Source: a virus (lineage: Duplodnaviria; Caudoviricetes). Taken from it: a stretch of 64,000 nucleotides of DNA. The DNA is taken from the IMG/VR virus record IMGVR_UViG_3300020414_000008, positions 64,001-128,000 of that record; one strand, given 5' to 3'. Of this stretch, positions 39,235 through 50,721 are shown one piece after another (position 1 is the stretch's first letter; each line of letters starts with the position of its first letter). Under the pieces are notes generated by a model. It was not told the origin of the DNA and made no database searches. It saw only the letters and a list, made by a program, of their open reading frames with translations. A program made the position numbers and the translations under genes.

Positions 39235-39879
39235 ATGGACGTACAAATTCCTAAAATCATTCATCAGTTATGGTTGGGTGATAATGAAATGCCTGAACAC
39301 TGTCAACAGTTTGTTCAGGAAATGATAGATTTACACCCTGATTATACTCACTATCTTTGGGGTAATGAAGTATTTGAAGAGAAATACAAAGACGATGAAT
39401 ATCTTCAGAACTATACAAAAGACCCCGAGTTATACAAATGGGCATTTATTTGTGATAGGATAAGACTTTTACTACTTAGGGACCACGGTGGAATTTATGT
39501 TGATGTAGACGCAAAACCTGTTCAGTCTTTTAATGTAGTCTTAGATAAATTAAGTCCACAACATACGTTTGTTTCAGGAATGAAACCTTCACAAGAAAAT
39601 AATACATTGGTAGATTGTACAGTTTATATGGCAGCACCAAATTCAAGAATGGTAAATGAGTGTCTATCTACATATGACAATCTATATTGGGCAAATGGTT
39701 GTAGAATGTTTAATGATAAAATCATAGAAACAATGGACACCGATGTTCAATTACTTGGTTACGAATACTTCTATGACCAAAAAATAGGTCCGAAGACAAT
39801 TATACTACACGATATTGAAGATACAAGATTATTGAGTTGGACTGATAATCCTGAAGCGAAAAAACCTCACAATTGGTAG
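39235..39879 (+). CDS. GT32 / Gly_transf_sug (DXD) glycosyltransferase
   Basis: IPKIIHQLW, DRIRL..L..HGGIYVDVD. Confidence 0.88.
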   Translation: MDVQIPKIIHQLWLGDNEMPEHCQQFVQEMIDLHPDYTHYLWGNEVFEEKYKDDEYLQNYTKDPELYKWAFICDRIRLLLLRDHGGIYVDVDAKPVQSFNVVLDKLSPQHTFVSGMKPSQENNTLVDCTVYMAAPNSRMVNECLSTYDNLYWANGCRMFNDKIIETMDTDVQLLGYEYFYDQKIGPKTIILHDIEDTRLLSWTDNPEAKKPHNW

Positions 39880-40572
39880 ATGACAAACGGTTACGAACTT
39901 ATTGATAATTTTCTGACAAAAGATGAACACGAGTATTACTTAAATGTATGTAAAGAAACATATGAAGGTACTCACGGTAAACAACACCCACATTTCTCGT
40001 GGAATGGTGAAGACAATCTCAATAAGATAAACGGTGCGTGTAATTACCAACCAAAGTTTTTAGAAATCGCATCACATCCAACTTTGGTCAAAAAAGCAAA
40101 AGAGATATTAAATACTGAAGATACTATTGACGTGTACATCAGTAAGTTCTTCCCAATGAAACCAAAAGTTGGAATGTCAACATTTATGCACCAAGACAAT
40201 TATTATTTCAAAGGTGACAGTAGTAAGATTGTCAGTTGTGCAATATACTTAGAAGATACATCAAAAGAAAATGGATGTTTGAGACTTGTAGAAAATTCAC
40301 ATAAACACGGTATTTTACCACATGATGTGAGTAGTGAAGTTGACCCATGGATTAGATGGATTAGTGAATCAAGTCTACAAAAGTTTAACATAATAGATTT
40401 AGAAAGACCTGCACCATACGCAACTTTCTTTGATATAAACTTAGTTCACGGTTGTTATCCAAATGTATCTGATAGAACAAGATTTAGTTTAGCATGGGAA
40501 TATATTCCAACATCAGAAACAGGACCATTTGTTACAGATGAACCGTGGTGTGATAGAAATACAGTAGGATGA
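39880..40572 (+). CDS. Phytanoyl-CoA dioxygenase (PhyH) family
   Basis: HQDN.Y, ENGCL..V..SH, VHG...N.SDRTR. Confidence 0.88.
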   Translation: MTNGYELIDNFLTKDEHEYYLNVCKETYEGTHGKQHPHFSWNGEDNLNKINGACNYQPKFLEIASHPTLVKKAKEILNTEDTIDVYISKFFPMKPKVGMSTFMHQDNYYFKGDSSKIVSCAIYLEDTSKENGCLRLVENSHKHGILPHDVSSEVDPWIRWISESSLQKFNIIDLERPAPYATFFDINLVHGCYPNVSDRTRFSLAWEYIPTSETGPFVTDEPWCDRNTVG

Positions 40573-41135
40573 AAATATTATTAACAGGACACGGAAGATG
40601 TGGTAGTACTTCTCTTCATTACGGACTTTCAGACGTTATGAATCATAAAATGGTGTTAGAACCATTTAATAGAGAATTATGGAAAAGTTACTACAAAACA
40701 AACCCACCATTTCAAAAAGGTGATGAGATTGGTGAGAATGTTATATTTAAAACATTATCAGGTCACAGTCCTGATTGGATTGAAAAAAACTATAGTAAGT
40801 TTGATAGAACTATAATATTGATGAGGGATAATTTGAGAGATACTGTATTAAGTCATCAGAACGCAATAGTTCACGGATATTTGAATGAGTACAAAGGAAC
40901 TGAAAATATAACCAAAAAATCTTTGGAGTATGTTTTTAACAATTACAAGTGGTTAATAGATTTCCATAAAAAAACTGTTACATCAAGATTGGTTTGGTAT
41001 AATGACATTTACACAACGGATTTTAATAAATCGAAAGACACAATACGGTCATTAGATTTGAACTTATCAGAAGAACAACTAAGTATGTTGTATGAAAAGT
41101 ATTTGAATCCAAGATTTAGATTAAGAAAAAATTAA
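40569..41135 (+). CDS. Sulfotransferase-like P-loop protein
   Basis: GHGRCGSTSL, EPFN, LMRDN...VLS. Confidence 0.65.
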   Translation: MKILLTGHGRCGSTSLHYGLSDVMNHKMVLEPFNRELWKSYYKTNPPFQKGDEIGENVIFKTLSGHSPDWIEKNYSKFDRTIILMRDNLRDTVLSHQNAIVHGYLNEYKGTENITKKSLEYVFNNYKWLIDFHKKTVTSRLVWYNDIYTTDFNKSKDTIRSLDLNLSEEQLSMLYEKYLNPRFRLRKN

Positions 41136-41187
41136 CAATAATTTAACATTAGAAATTTGGAAATGTAGGTAAAAATACCTATATTTA
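41131..41187 (+). promoter_or_regulatory. Promoter with tandem TTAACA repeats
   Basis: ATTAACA at 41131, TTTAACA at 41142, TTTG at 41156, TATATTTA at 41180. Confidence 0.75.
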
Positions 41188-41207
41188 CTATGTAAATAAG
41201 TAATGAT

Positions 41208-41561
41208 ATGACAAATAAAACTATTTTCACAGACATCGATGGGACTTTGGTTCACCAAGTGAACTTTGAAGACCTTGACCCGTTTAACAGTGTTGCATTG
41301 CCAGGAGTTGTAGATAAAATGGTTGGTTGGTTCAAAAAAGGATACCACATCGTATTAACTACTGCAAGACCTGAGTCTTTGAGACACGAGACAATTCAAG
41401 AAATGGACATCTTAGGAATACCATTCCATCAATTAGTGATGGGAATCGGTAGAGCCGAAAGAATCCTAATCAACAACAATAGTGATAAAAAACCTAATGA
41501 AGTAAGAGCAGAAGGTATAATTGTTCAGAAAAATGGTGGTTTTAATGACGTAAATCTATAG
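41208..41561 (+). CDS. HAD-family phosphatase-like protein
   Basis: DIDGTL, LTTARP, LVMG. Confidence 0.75.
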   Translation: MTNKTIFTDIDGTLVHQVNFEDLDPFNSVALPGVVDKMVGWFKKGYHIVLTTARPESLRHETIQEMDILGIPFHQLVMGIGRAERILINNNSDKKPNEVRAEGIIVQKNGGFNDVNL

Positions 41562-41563
41562 TT

Positions 41564-41764
41564 ATGATATATTTAAGAGAGGAGTGGATTAACCACCCGA
41601 AACTTAAACGGTTCAGTAGAATCAGTTGTACTGACTCTAAATGTGAGTGTGGTTCCAAGAATACAGCATATCTTTGGGAACACGATTCATGTGTTAGGGG
41701 AAGGATAGACACTGAAGTCTGTTTGGACTGTGACGGTATCAAAAGTTTTGATATCGTAAGATAG
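41564..41764 (+). CDS. Small Cys-containing protein
   Basis: CECG...CLDC. Confidence 0.5.
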   Translation: MIYLREEWINHPKLKRFSRISCTDSKCECGSKNTAYLWEHDSCVRGRIDTEVCLDCDGIKSFDIVR

Positions 41765-41773
41765 GAGACTTAG

Positions 41774-42007
41774 ATGACTGAACAAGATTTAATGGACCTT
41801 GGTTTTAAAAGGTTCGATGAGGTAGAAGGGGTAGATGAATTCTGTTATTACTCACTAACAATCGGTGGACTTGAATTTATTTCAAATGATTCCGAAGATT
41901 GGGTAGATGAAGACGTATCAGTAGAAATCGCAGACAGTGAGATTGTATTTAACGAGTTTGAGGACTTAAGTGAAGTCATCAACATTTTAAGAAAAAACGA
42001 ACTGTAA
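41774..42007 (+). CDS. Small acidic hypothetical protein
   Basis: AGGAG RBS. Confidence 0.55.
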   Translation: MTEQDLMDLGFKRFDEVEGVDEFCYYSLTIGGLEFISNDSEDWVDEDVSVEIADSEIVFNEFEDLSEVINILRKNEL

Positions 42008-42009
42008 AG

Positions 42010-42041
42010 TTTGGATATTAATGCAAATTTTTGTATATTAG
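42010..42041 (+). promoter_or_regulatory. Promoter TTTG-N20-TATATTAG upstream of groES
   Basis: Recurrent geometry. Confidence 0.7.
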
Positions 42042-42063
42042 TACAAATAAAAAGGAAAAAGTT

Positions 42064-42345
42064 ATGAATTATGAACCATTGAATGACTATGTGTTAGTCA
42101 AGGTAATCAAAGAAGACGAAAAAACTAAAGGTGGATTATACAAACCTGAATCCAACAAAGAACAACTGAAAGGTGAAGTAATCGCAGTTGGTGATGGTAT
42201 CTTTACATCCACAGGTAAAAAGATTCCGATGAAATTAAATATCGGTGACACCGTAATCGTTCCTAATACAGGAATCCAACTTAGATTAGAAGGTGAAAAG
42301 TATAATTTATACAGAGAACAAGAAATACTAATCAGATTATCATGA
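42064..42345 (+). CDS. groES: Co-chaperonin GroES
   Basis: PLNDYVLV, KTKGGL, GEVIAVG.G, GDTV. Confidence 0.93.
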   Translation: MNYEPLNDYVLVKVIKEDEKTKGGLYKPESNKEQLKGEVIAVGDGIFTSTGKKIPMKLNIGDTVIVPNTGIQLRLEGEKYNLYREQEILIRLS

Positions 42346-42501
42346 GTGCAACAAAAAGGTGGATAGAGGACCTTCAGATGGCGGGACAAGACCCACTATC
42401 AAATGATAAACATCTTGACGATGAGTATCACTATAAAGAGTGGTGTCACTATTCAGGATTACCTAATGTATTAGCATATGAAAATCACAAAAACAAATTA
42501 G

Positions 42502-42849
42502 ATGAACATTAAGTATTTACTCTTAGGTGGATTTTTATTTTTATTAGGACACCTTGGAGTTTTCCATCAATTGAATGGACAGTTCAAGTGGGAATGGTTT
42601 AAAAATAACCCACATATATTAGCACTTGCAGGAATACCAATATCACTTCTTTATATCTACGGAACAAAGTTCGCAGTTCAAGGATTTGATGGACTATTAT
42701 GGCCAACAAGATTCCTTGGATTTGGTATTGGAATGATGGTTTATGCATGGGGTGTGTCTTATTACTTTAATCAAGGATTCACACCAAAAGTTGTTGTATC
42801 ACTAATCTTAGCATTTACATTGTTAAGTATTCAAGTATTGTGGAAATGA
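42502..42849 (+). CDS. Four-TM membrane protein
   Basis: Four hydrophobic segments, SMR/EamA-like size. Confidence 0.6.
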   Translation: MNIKYLLLGGFLFLLGHLGVFHQLNGQFKWEWFKNNPHILALAGIPISLLYIYGTKFAVQGFDGLLWPTRFLGFGIGMMVYAWGVSYYFNQGFTPKVVVSLILAFTLLSIQVLWK

Positions 42850-43076
42850 TTTTTTGGACGAATGGACTTATAGAAACTGAACTAACAAGACACTTCCATT
42901 TTGTAAGAAGTGCAAAAGAAATTCTTTATTCGAATCCAAAACACATACGAGGTATTTGGTCGTATAAAGACAAGAAGAGACTGTATGATTTAGAGGAAAA
43001 AGTACAGAAAAAAAGATTAACACTATCTCACAGAGATTTCCAATTTTTAGAGAGTATAGTGGAAAAATATGGGTAA
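42846..43076 (+). CDS. Hypothetical protein
   Basis: Coupled ORF. Confidence 0.5.
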   Translation: MIFWTNGLIETELTRHFHFVRSAKEILYSNPKHIRGIWSYKDKKRLYDLEEKVQKKRLTLSHRDFQFLESIVEKYG

Positions 43077-43093
43077 CCCATATTTATATATAA

Positions 43094-43702
43094 ATGAAGG
43101 ATATGAAAAAAGGTTTTAAATTACCAAATGGATATGTTTTAGGGAAAGGTAGAACTCCCTTGAACTTAACTGAAAGTCAGATTCGTTATGCGATGAAGAA
43201 CTCGAAGTCAAATTCAGGTGCAGCTAGATTCCTTAATGTATCACTAACCACATATCAAAAGTATTCAAAATCTTACATAGACGAAGAAACAGGAAAAACT
43301 CTTTGGGACTTACATAAGAATCAGAGAGGTAAGGGTGTAAAGAAACCATATAATGTAACTCAGGGTAAATACGCGTTGAATGACATTTTAGATGGTAAAC
43401 ATCCTAAGTATCCTGTTTTTTTATTGAAGAAAAGATTAATTAACAACTCACATAAACCTGAGTTAGAATTTCCACATGAATGTCACAGTTGTGGATACAA
43501 AGAGAAAAGATTGACAGATGGTTCTATTCCTTTGATTCTTGACCATATTGATGACGATTGGACAAATCACAAAAGAGAAAACATTAGATTTTTATGTTAC
43601 AATTGTTTTCATAATCAAAGAGGTAATATCAGAGGTAAACAACCACAGTGGAGAGCAGAACAAATAAAACAAGCAAAATTAAAACAAAAAAAAGGTAAAT
43701 AA
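43094..43702 (+). CDS. HTH plus HNH endonuclease-like protein
   Basis: AARFLNVSLTTY HTH; CHSC...LDHID..WTN...NIRFLCYNCFH. Confidence 0.78.
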   Translation: MKDMKKGFKLPNGYVLGKGRTPLNLTESQIRYAMKNSKSNSGAARFLNVSLTTYQKYSKSYIDEETGKTLWDLHKNQRGKGVKKPYNVTQGKYALNDILDGKHPKYPVFLLKKRLINNSHKPELEFPHECHSCGYKEKRLTDGSIPLILDHIDDDWTNHKRENIRFLCYNCFHNQRGNIRGKQPQWRAEQIKQAKLKQKKGK

Positions 43703-45300
<1,598 letters not shown>

Positions 45301-45301
<1 letters not shown>

Positions 45302-45951
45302 TGAGCAAAAAACTGAAACTGTTGAAACTAAAATCTGAAGTATTAAAACTTGAGAGAGAATTGGTTGAAGAAGAGTTTCAGACCTATTGTAAGGATTTTG
45401 ACAAATATTTTAAAAAGTTTTATGACAATCCTAAAAAAAAGAAATCAAAACCAACAATAGATGACCCAACAATACACTATGAAAATGCAAAACGAGAAAG
45501 AAAACAAAGGGAAGAGGAAATCGATAGACAGAGAACTCTTCTTAAGAATGCGCCGACAAAGGTCAAGAATCTATACAAGAGACTTGCGACTAAAGCACAT
45601 CCTGACGTAGGTGGTGATAACGAGACCTTTCAAAAGGTGATTCAGGCATATGAAACTCAAAATCTAATGAAAATGTTAGAATTCGCAGGTGATTTGGGAG
45701 TTTCTTACAAGTTGGATAAAAGTGATGAACAATTACTACAAGACAACTTAGACAAGATAACCGAGGATATCAAGAAGTTAAAAGGTAGTATCGGTTGGTT
45801 GTGGGGTACAGGTGATAAAGAGGCGAGGTTGTTCTGTATACAAAGAGTTATAGATGAGACAGGACATACACCAAGTCAAGATGACCTACCAAAAGATTTA
45901 AGAAAAAAGAAAAAGAAGTTATTAGGACAACGTGGGAAAGAAAAAGAGTAA
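45301..45951 (+). CDS. J-domain-containing protein
   Basis: YKRLATKAHPDVGGD..F..V..AYE. Confidence 0.8.
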
Positions 45952-46414
45952 AATAGTAGGATGTACAGCAGGTAATTTTGATTTGATTCATCCTGGCTAT
46001 ATATACACCTTTCAAGAGGCGAAAAGACACTGTGACCATTTCATAGTGTTTTTACAAAGAGACCCGTCACTTCATAGGAAGTCAAAATATAAACCCGTGA
46101 TTCCATTGTACGAAAGATATCGTACATTGATGGCAATCCAATATATTGATGAGGTTTATGTTTATCAGACGGAAGAAGAACTTTACGAATTGATTAAGTT
46201 TTTCAAACCCGATATAAGAATCTTAGGTGAGGATTATATCGGAAAATCATTTACAGGTGATGACTTACCACCAAAGATTGTGTTCACAACAAGAGCACAT
46301 GGTTGGTCAACAACTAAAATGAAAGATATGATTGCAATGCAAACAATCAAACAGAATCCTGAGATTCAGGACTCTGCTCAGTACTTTGAACGTAAATTAG
46401 AAATGGATGACTAA
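45932..46414 (+). CDS. TagD-like cytidylyltransferase
   Basis: AGNFDLIHPGY, ER, LGEDY, R.HGWSTT. Confidence 0.85.
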   Translation: MGKKKSKIVGCTAGNFDLIHPGYIYTFQEAKRHCDHFIVFLQRDPSLHRKSKYKPVIPLYERYRTLMAIQYIDEVYVYQTEEELYELIKFFKPDIRILGEDYIGKSFTGDDLPPKIVFTTRAHGWSTTKMKDMIAMQTIKQNPEIQDSAQYFERKLEMDD

Positions 46415-46576
46415 ATATATAATAGAAATAACACCAATAGTAACGGATGAAACAAGAACAGGTGGTCGAAATGATTCACCATATATGACAACAATCGAAA
46501 CAGATGATATCGAATGGAGTATGGGACAGTATCAGAGAAACAGAACTCCGTTTAGTTGGAAAATCGTAAACGAAGA

Positions 46577-47161
46577 GTGAAGAAAGAAAAGAAAATACTA
46601 ATAGTAATAGGACACCCCGATACTAAATCATTTTGTTACAATGGGATATTCAAAACCATTGTTGACGAAGTGGACAAGAAATCAGAAGACTTTAAAATCA
46701 TAGACTTATATAGAGATAGTTTCAGAAGACCAAGAACGGATTTAATTGAATCATACAAAAAAATGGTAACTTGGTCAACTCATATTTATTTCATATCACC
46801 TGTTTGGTGGTTCAGACTAACTCCAAGAATGGAAATATTCTTTGACGAGGTCTTAACGCCTGGATTCGCATATAATTTCAAAAATATCACGAAACTATAC
46901 GCATATCCACAACCACACTTAAGTGATAAAAAAGTTAGGACATATATAACTCATGGAGCACCAATGTTACCCGTTGTGACATTATACTTAAATTCAGTTA
47001 AGTTAAGATTGGTATTGGGTGTATTTACATTTGTATTTGGATGGAAAATCAGTAGATGGTTAAAAACAAAACAATTTTGGTCAGTCCCGTTTGTATCAGA
47101 CAAGAAACGAAAAAAGTATTTGGAAGTGGTCAAGAGAGACATGAAAAAAGATTTGAGATGA
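46577..47161 (+). CDS. Flavodoxin-like NAD(P)H:quinone oxidoreductase
   Basis: ILIVIGHP..KSF, DLY, PVWW, PGFAY. Confidence 0.85.
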   Translation: MKKEKKILIVIGHPDTKSFCYNGIFKTIVDEVDKKSEDFKIIDLYRDSFRRPRTDLIESYKKMVTWSTHIYFISPVWWFRLTPRMEIFFDEVLTPGFAYNFKNITKLYAYPQPHLSDKKVRTYITHGAPMLPVVTLYLNSVKLRLVLGVFTFVFGWKISRWLKTKQFWSVPFVSDKKRKKYLEVVKRDMKKDLR

Positions 47162-47260
47162 AAAAAATAAAGAAATTCTTCAAAGATATATGGTTAGGTA
47201 TTAAGATATCAAATGAATACTATCTTAGTGGAAAGTGTAACCATGGTAAATTTTAAAATT

Positions 47261-47896
47261 ATGAAAAACAGATTAGATAATATAGACAAGTTATTAATGT
47301 TCGCATTATTGTATTTCCTATTTATGGGATTCGCAATGACAGTGAACGCACAAATCAAACACTATGACGGTGAGTTATATCATGTGGTTTATAGTGAGGA
47401 TTATGAACAACCTCTTCAAGTGACATATACAGTGATGTGTCCAACAGGTGAAATCAGTAGAAGTGGAATGGACTTTTGGAAACCAAAAGGATGGAAAACT
47501 TCAGACAATGATGACTACAAAGCAAATGTATATGATAAAGGTCATATGGCACCAGCAGCGGCATTTAATTGTTTTGATAAAGAAACTTTGAGAGAAACGT
47601 TCAACTATCTGAATTGTGCACTTCAACATGAATCACTAAACAGAGGACCGTGGAAAGAACTCGAAAGATTTGAACGAGACTTATCCAAAGTATTTGAAAC
47701 AGTAAAAGTAAATGTAACGGTACATTTTGACAATGAACCCGAGTATGTAGCAGGTGGAGCACTTATACCAAGTGGATTCACAAAACAAATATGGGCAGGT
47801 GAACACGAGTGGACATTTTACTTTGATAATATAAATTTAAAAGGTAGAGATTGGTCAGACTTTCAGATACCTAATATAAGACAGATAAACGACTAA
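47261..47896 (+). CDS. Secreted/anchored DNA/RNA non-specific endonuclease
   Basis: YDKGHMAPAA, N..LQ..LNRG.W..LE, IP..F.K; N-terminal hydrophobic signal. Confidence 0.9.
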   Translation: MKNRLDNIDKLLMFALLYFLFMGFAMTVNAQIKHYDGELYHVVYSEDYEQPLQVTYTVMCPTGEISRSGMDFWKPKGWKTSDNDDYKANVYDKGHMAPAAAFNCFDKETLRETFNYLNCALQHESLNRGPWKELERFERDLSKVFETVKVNVTVHFDNEPEYVAGGALIPSGFTKQIWAGEHEWTFYFDNINLKGRDWSDFQIPNIRQIND

Positions 47897-48037
47897 TGTT
47901 TGACGAAACTTTTGTAACGAGAGTACTTTGGAATACCAATACAGAGAAAATGATAAAAGCAACAGAAATGATTTGCAAGATGTCACATAAGTATGATATT
48001 CCCGTTGACTATAAACACCTCGGAATAATAGAGGACG

Positions 48038-48448
48038 ATGTACAAGATGAAGATAGTAGTTGGGGCATTAGTTGACGAAGATACTGTTCTAATTGGAAAA
48101 AGATTATCCACGGATTCGGTTTGTCCTGATTTGTGGGAACTGCCAGGTGGTAAGATTGAGGAAGGTGAAACTCCGTATGACGCGATAATTCGTGAATGGA
48201 AAGAGGAGTTGGATATAGACATAAATGTATATTATTCAATACCCGAAAGAGAAGAAGACGGAGTAGAGTTTTATCCATATATAATCAAATATAAGAGTGG
48301 TAAACCTAAACTCAATGCACATCAGAGTGTGAAATGGATTACGTTAAATGATATAAACAAATATCAGTTCACTCCATTAAGTAAAAAAACACTATATATA
48401 ATAAAGGGTAGTTACGATTTATTTTTAACCAAAAAAGAGCAGGAGTAA
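48038..48448 (+). CDS. NUDIX hydrolase (MutT-like)
   Basis: WELPGGKIEEGETPYDAIIREWKEELDI Nudix box. Confidence 0.92.
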   Translation: MYKMKIVVGALVDEDTVLIGKRLSTDSVCPDLWELPGGKIEEGETPYDAIIREWKEELDIDINVYYSIPEREEDGVEFYPYIIKYKSGKPKLNAHQSVKWITLNDINKYQFTPLSKKTLYIIKGSYDLFLTKKEQE

Positions 48449-48452
48449 AAAG

Positions 48453-48641
48453 GTGATTAAGAAGTTCATCAAAAAAACAGTAGGAAACAAAACAAAGTTA
48501 TCAGAAGTATCAAGTTCAATCGCGGAATCCGTGTTAGATGGTAATTGGTTATCGTTCAATTGTGAAAGACCGTATATACAATTTACGGAAGAGGATATGA
48601 AAGATATAACCGATGAGTTAACCTCACGAACCGACCAATGA
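48453..48641 (+). CDS. Hypothetical protein
   Basis: ORF track; AGGAG upstream. Confidence 0.4.
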   Translation: MIKKFIKKTVGNKTKLSEVSSSIAESVLDGNWLSFNCERPYIQFTEEDMKDITDELTSRTDQ

Positions 48642-48739
48642 TACATCGACCCGCGGGAAGGGACGATTTCGTGTGTCTAAGAAAAATTTTGAGATAAACC
48701 CAAAATTGTTTCTATACGCGCATATAAATTAAAAGAGTT

Positions 48740-48943
48740 ATGAAGACCATTATAGTACACAAACCCAAAAGATGTAGAAACCCAAGGATTGAAGTATTCG
48801 ATGACCACATTGATAAAGTAAACAATGTGCGCTCAAAGAAGTATATTCCCGAGGGGACGGATATCCTTCAAATGGGTATGGGTGGTGAAAATCTCTTCAA
48901 CACATATATAAAGAAATATAAAATCGATTCAACATGGAAATAA
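48740..48943 (+). CDS. Hypothetical protein
   Basis: ORF with A-rich leader. Confidence 0.5.
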   Translation: MKTIIVHKPKRCRNPRIEVFDDHIDKVNNVRSKKYIPEGTDILQMGMGGENLFNTYIKKYKIDSTWK

Positions 48944-49293
48944 AATCAATTAAAAAATTATCTAACGGTGATATCGAAATCACCAACGATAAAGGGTCAA
49001 TTACGGTATCCACAACAAATCCCGTATATGAGGGATTAAGACTTCAATTTAATTCGTTGGGTATAAACACGGTGAATTGGGTCGGGAATCAGAGTAAATA
49101 CAGTCCACTAAGAGAAACCGAAGAAACTCTACTATATGACGTAGAGGAAGGACAAATGAAAATTCCTTTCCCTAACGTGGATTATACGTCTTACCCCAAA
49201 AAAGAACTCGTATTCATTGGTTCAGAAGGACAGTATTGGACACAAAACTCTACTGAACCACCTGTATACTTTAATGAGGAGTGGAACAAATGA
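48934..49293 (+). CDS. Hypothetical protein
   Basis: Coupled ORF. Confidence 0.5.
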   Translation: MEIKSIKKLSNGDIEITNDKGSITVSTTNPVYEGLRLQFNSLGINTVNWVGNQSKYSPLRETEETLLYDVEEGQMKIPFPNVDYTSYPKKELVFIGSEGQYWTQNSTEPPVYFNEEWNK

Positions 49294-49511
49294 GAAAGAT
49301 AACTGTAGACCTACACGGTATAAGGCATGGTAACGTAGAAAAACTCTTAGAAAAACGTCTCCTGAACGGTAAAAAAGACTACCTAAGAACAGAGATAATT
49401 ACAGGAAACTCTGAGAGGATGAGAGAGATAGTACACGACTTCTTAGACGAACACGATTTTAAGTACGTTGTTACAGAGTACAATATGGGTAGAACGGTCA
49501 TCATAGGGTAG
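49290..49511 (+). CDS. Stand-alone Smr-domain protein
   Basis: VDLHG...EIITGNS...N.G. Confidence 0.78.
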   Translation: MRKITVDLHGIRHGNVEKLLEKRLLNGKKDYLRTEIITGNSERMREIVHDFLDEHDFKYVVTEYNMGRTVIIG

Positions 49512-50260
49512 AACAACCCTGAACAACCTCTATAGGTAAGACAAAATAAATCTACCTTAATTCACCCGCCAAGATTCATCCAAGTCTATTTATCCTTATA
49601 TGGTACTAATCAAAGTAATCTTAATGTTCTGCGTATTCATTTTCCTCATGAATCGTTGGTTCAAGTATTTGGACCGTTAAAAAACCCTCAAAAAACCCCC
49701 TTTTATCCCACTTTTTACCACTTTATGGTAAACTCTCACCAAATAATTCCTTAATAAAAGAGAGAAATATTTAATTAGAGAAGCTAAGGCTTCCCTACTT
49801 ATCCAATGAAAAGGGGTCGCTAATACACTTTTACCACAATAAACACAAACACTTTCCTATAAAACACCCATGCAACGAGTTTAACAGTAATAAAAGGGTG
49901 CTCTTGTCCGTGTTTCTGCGTTTTCCAATTTTTTTGCTATAGCGAAACCTTTTGCGCATTGTTAATAACCTGTTGATAACTTTTTTTTAGGTCGTTTTGT
50001 CAGTCTGAGTACCCTTGTAACACGGGTGTAGAGGTGTTACAAACGTAACAACAGAGGGGCGCCGGGGGTTCTGTAGAGGTATTTGTAACACATACCCCGA
50101 AAATGAGTAGTCGCTGAGTAGTGACAGGGTGTCATGTTGATAACTTTGTTGATAAAAAAGTGTTTATTTCCTTGTTTTTTTCATTTATTTTTCGTATATT
50201 AGTGGGGGGCATTGACCTACTTTTCACCACGGATGCGCAATAACCCGACATATATGGGTA
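49512..50260. other. Long non-coding region with paired DnaA-box-like 9-mers and inverted repeats (origin or genome-end candidate)
   Basis: No credible ORF; TGTT(A/G)ATAA pairs at 49960/49971 and 50135/50147; TTGTAACAC/GTGTTACAA inverted repeat 50015-50042; TGACA-N3-TGTCA 50122-50134. Confidence 0.5.
50171..50202 (+). promoter_or_regulatory. Promoter CTTG-N20-TATATTAG
   Basis: Recurrent geometry; no ORF follows directly. Confidence 0.55.
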
Positions 50261-50263
50261 AAA

Positions 50264-50320
50264 TTTAACAATTATTTAACATTGGCGATTTGGAAATGAA
50301 CGCAGAATTCCTTATCTTTA
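50264..50320 (+). promoter_or_regulatory. Promoter with tandem TTTAACA repeats driving the ncRNA candidate
   Basis: TTTAACA at 50264 and 50275, TTTG at 50289, TATCTTTA at 50313. Confidence 0.75.
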
Positions 50321-50326
50321 CTATGT

Positions 50327-50695
50327 AAAGAGAGAGATATATGGGATAACTGTGGTGGAAACCGCGAAGTGAAGTAAAAATAAAATAGGTCAAAACAGCA
50401 AGTACTATACGCAAGTAGGTATATAGAGAGAGAATAGAGTAGTATAGGTATAGGTAGGTACAGCGCATAGATTAACCTGAAACAACCCCGAACCCCGTAA
50501 GTCGTTATAGGCGATGAAAGACACTCGCGCAGGGGGTGGGGGTATTTTCACGGAAACCAAGCGCAGCAGCAGGCATGAACCGCCTGTAGTCCGTCTTGCT
50601 GTCGAGGTCGGCAAAATGACCTTGGGGAAAGTCCCCTCTAAGGTCTGATTTACAGAGGGGCGCTAAAATTCATTTACCTCATTATGGGTATGGAT
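50327..50695 (+). ncRNA. Unnamed structured RNA candidate (about 370 nt)
   Basis: GC-rich ORF-free tract behind a promoter; GNRA-capped hairpins and long-range helices (see findings). Confidence 0.6.
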
Positions 50696-50721
50696 ATTGT
50701 TTAACTATTAAATTTAATTAT

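Noticed and set aside
50204-50230. GGGGGGC...CACCAC as a tmRNA/tRNA-like end
   Set aside because: No T-arm (TTCRA) or proper acceptor pairing.
50405-50614. Minus-strand 69-aa ORF in the GC-rich tract
   Set aside because: Atypical composition, antisense to a clear + strand promoter; better explained by structured RNA.
50624-50636. GGAAAGTCC resembling RNase P CR-I; GTAGTCC near 50586 resembling the group I intron S element
   Set aside because: No matching CR-V or P7 partner was found, and no interrupted gene flanks the region.
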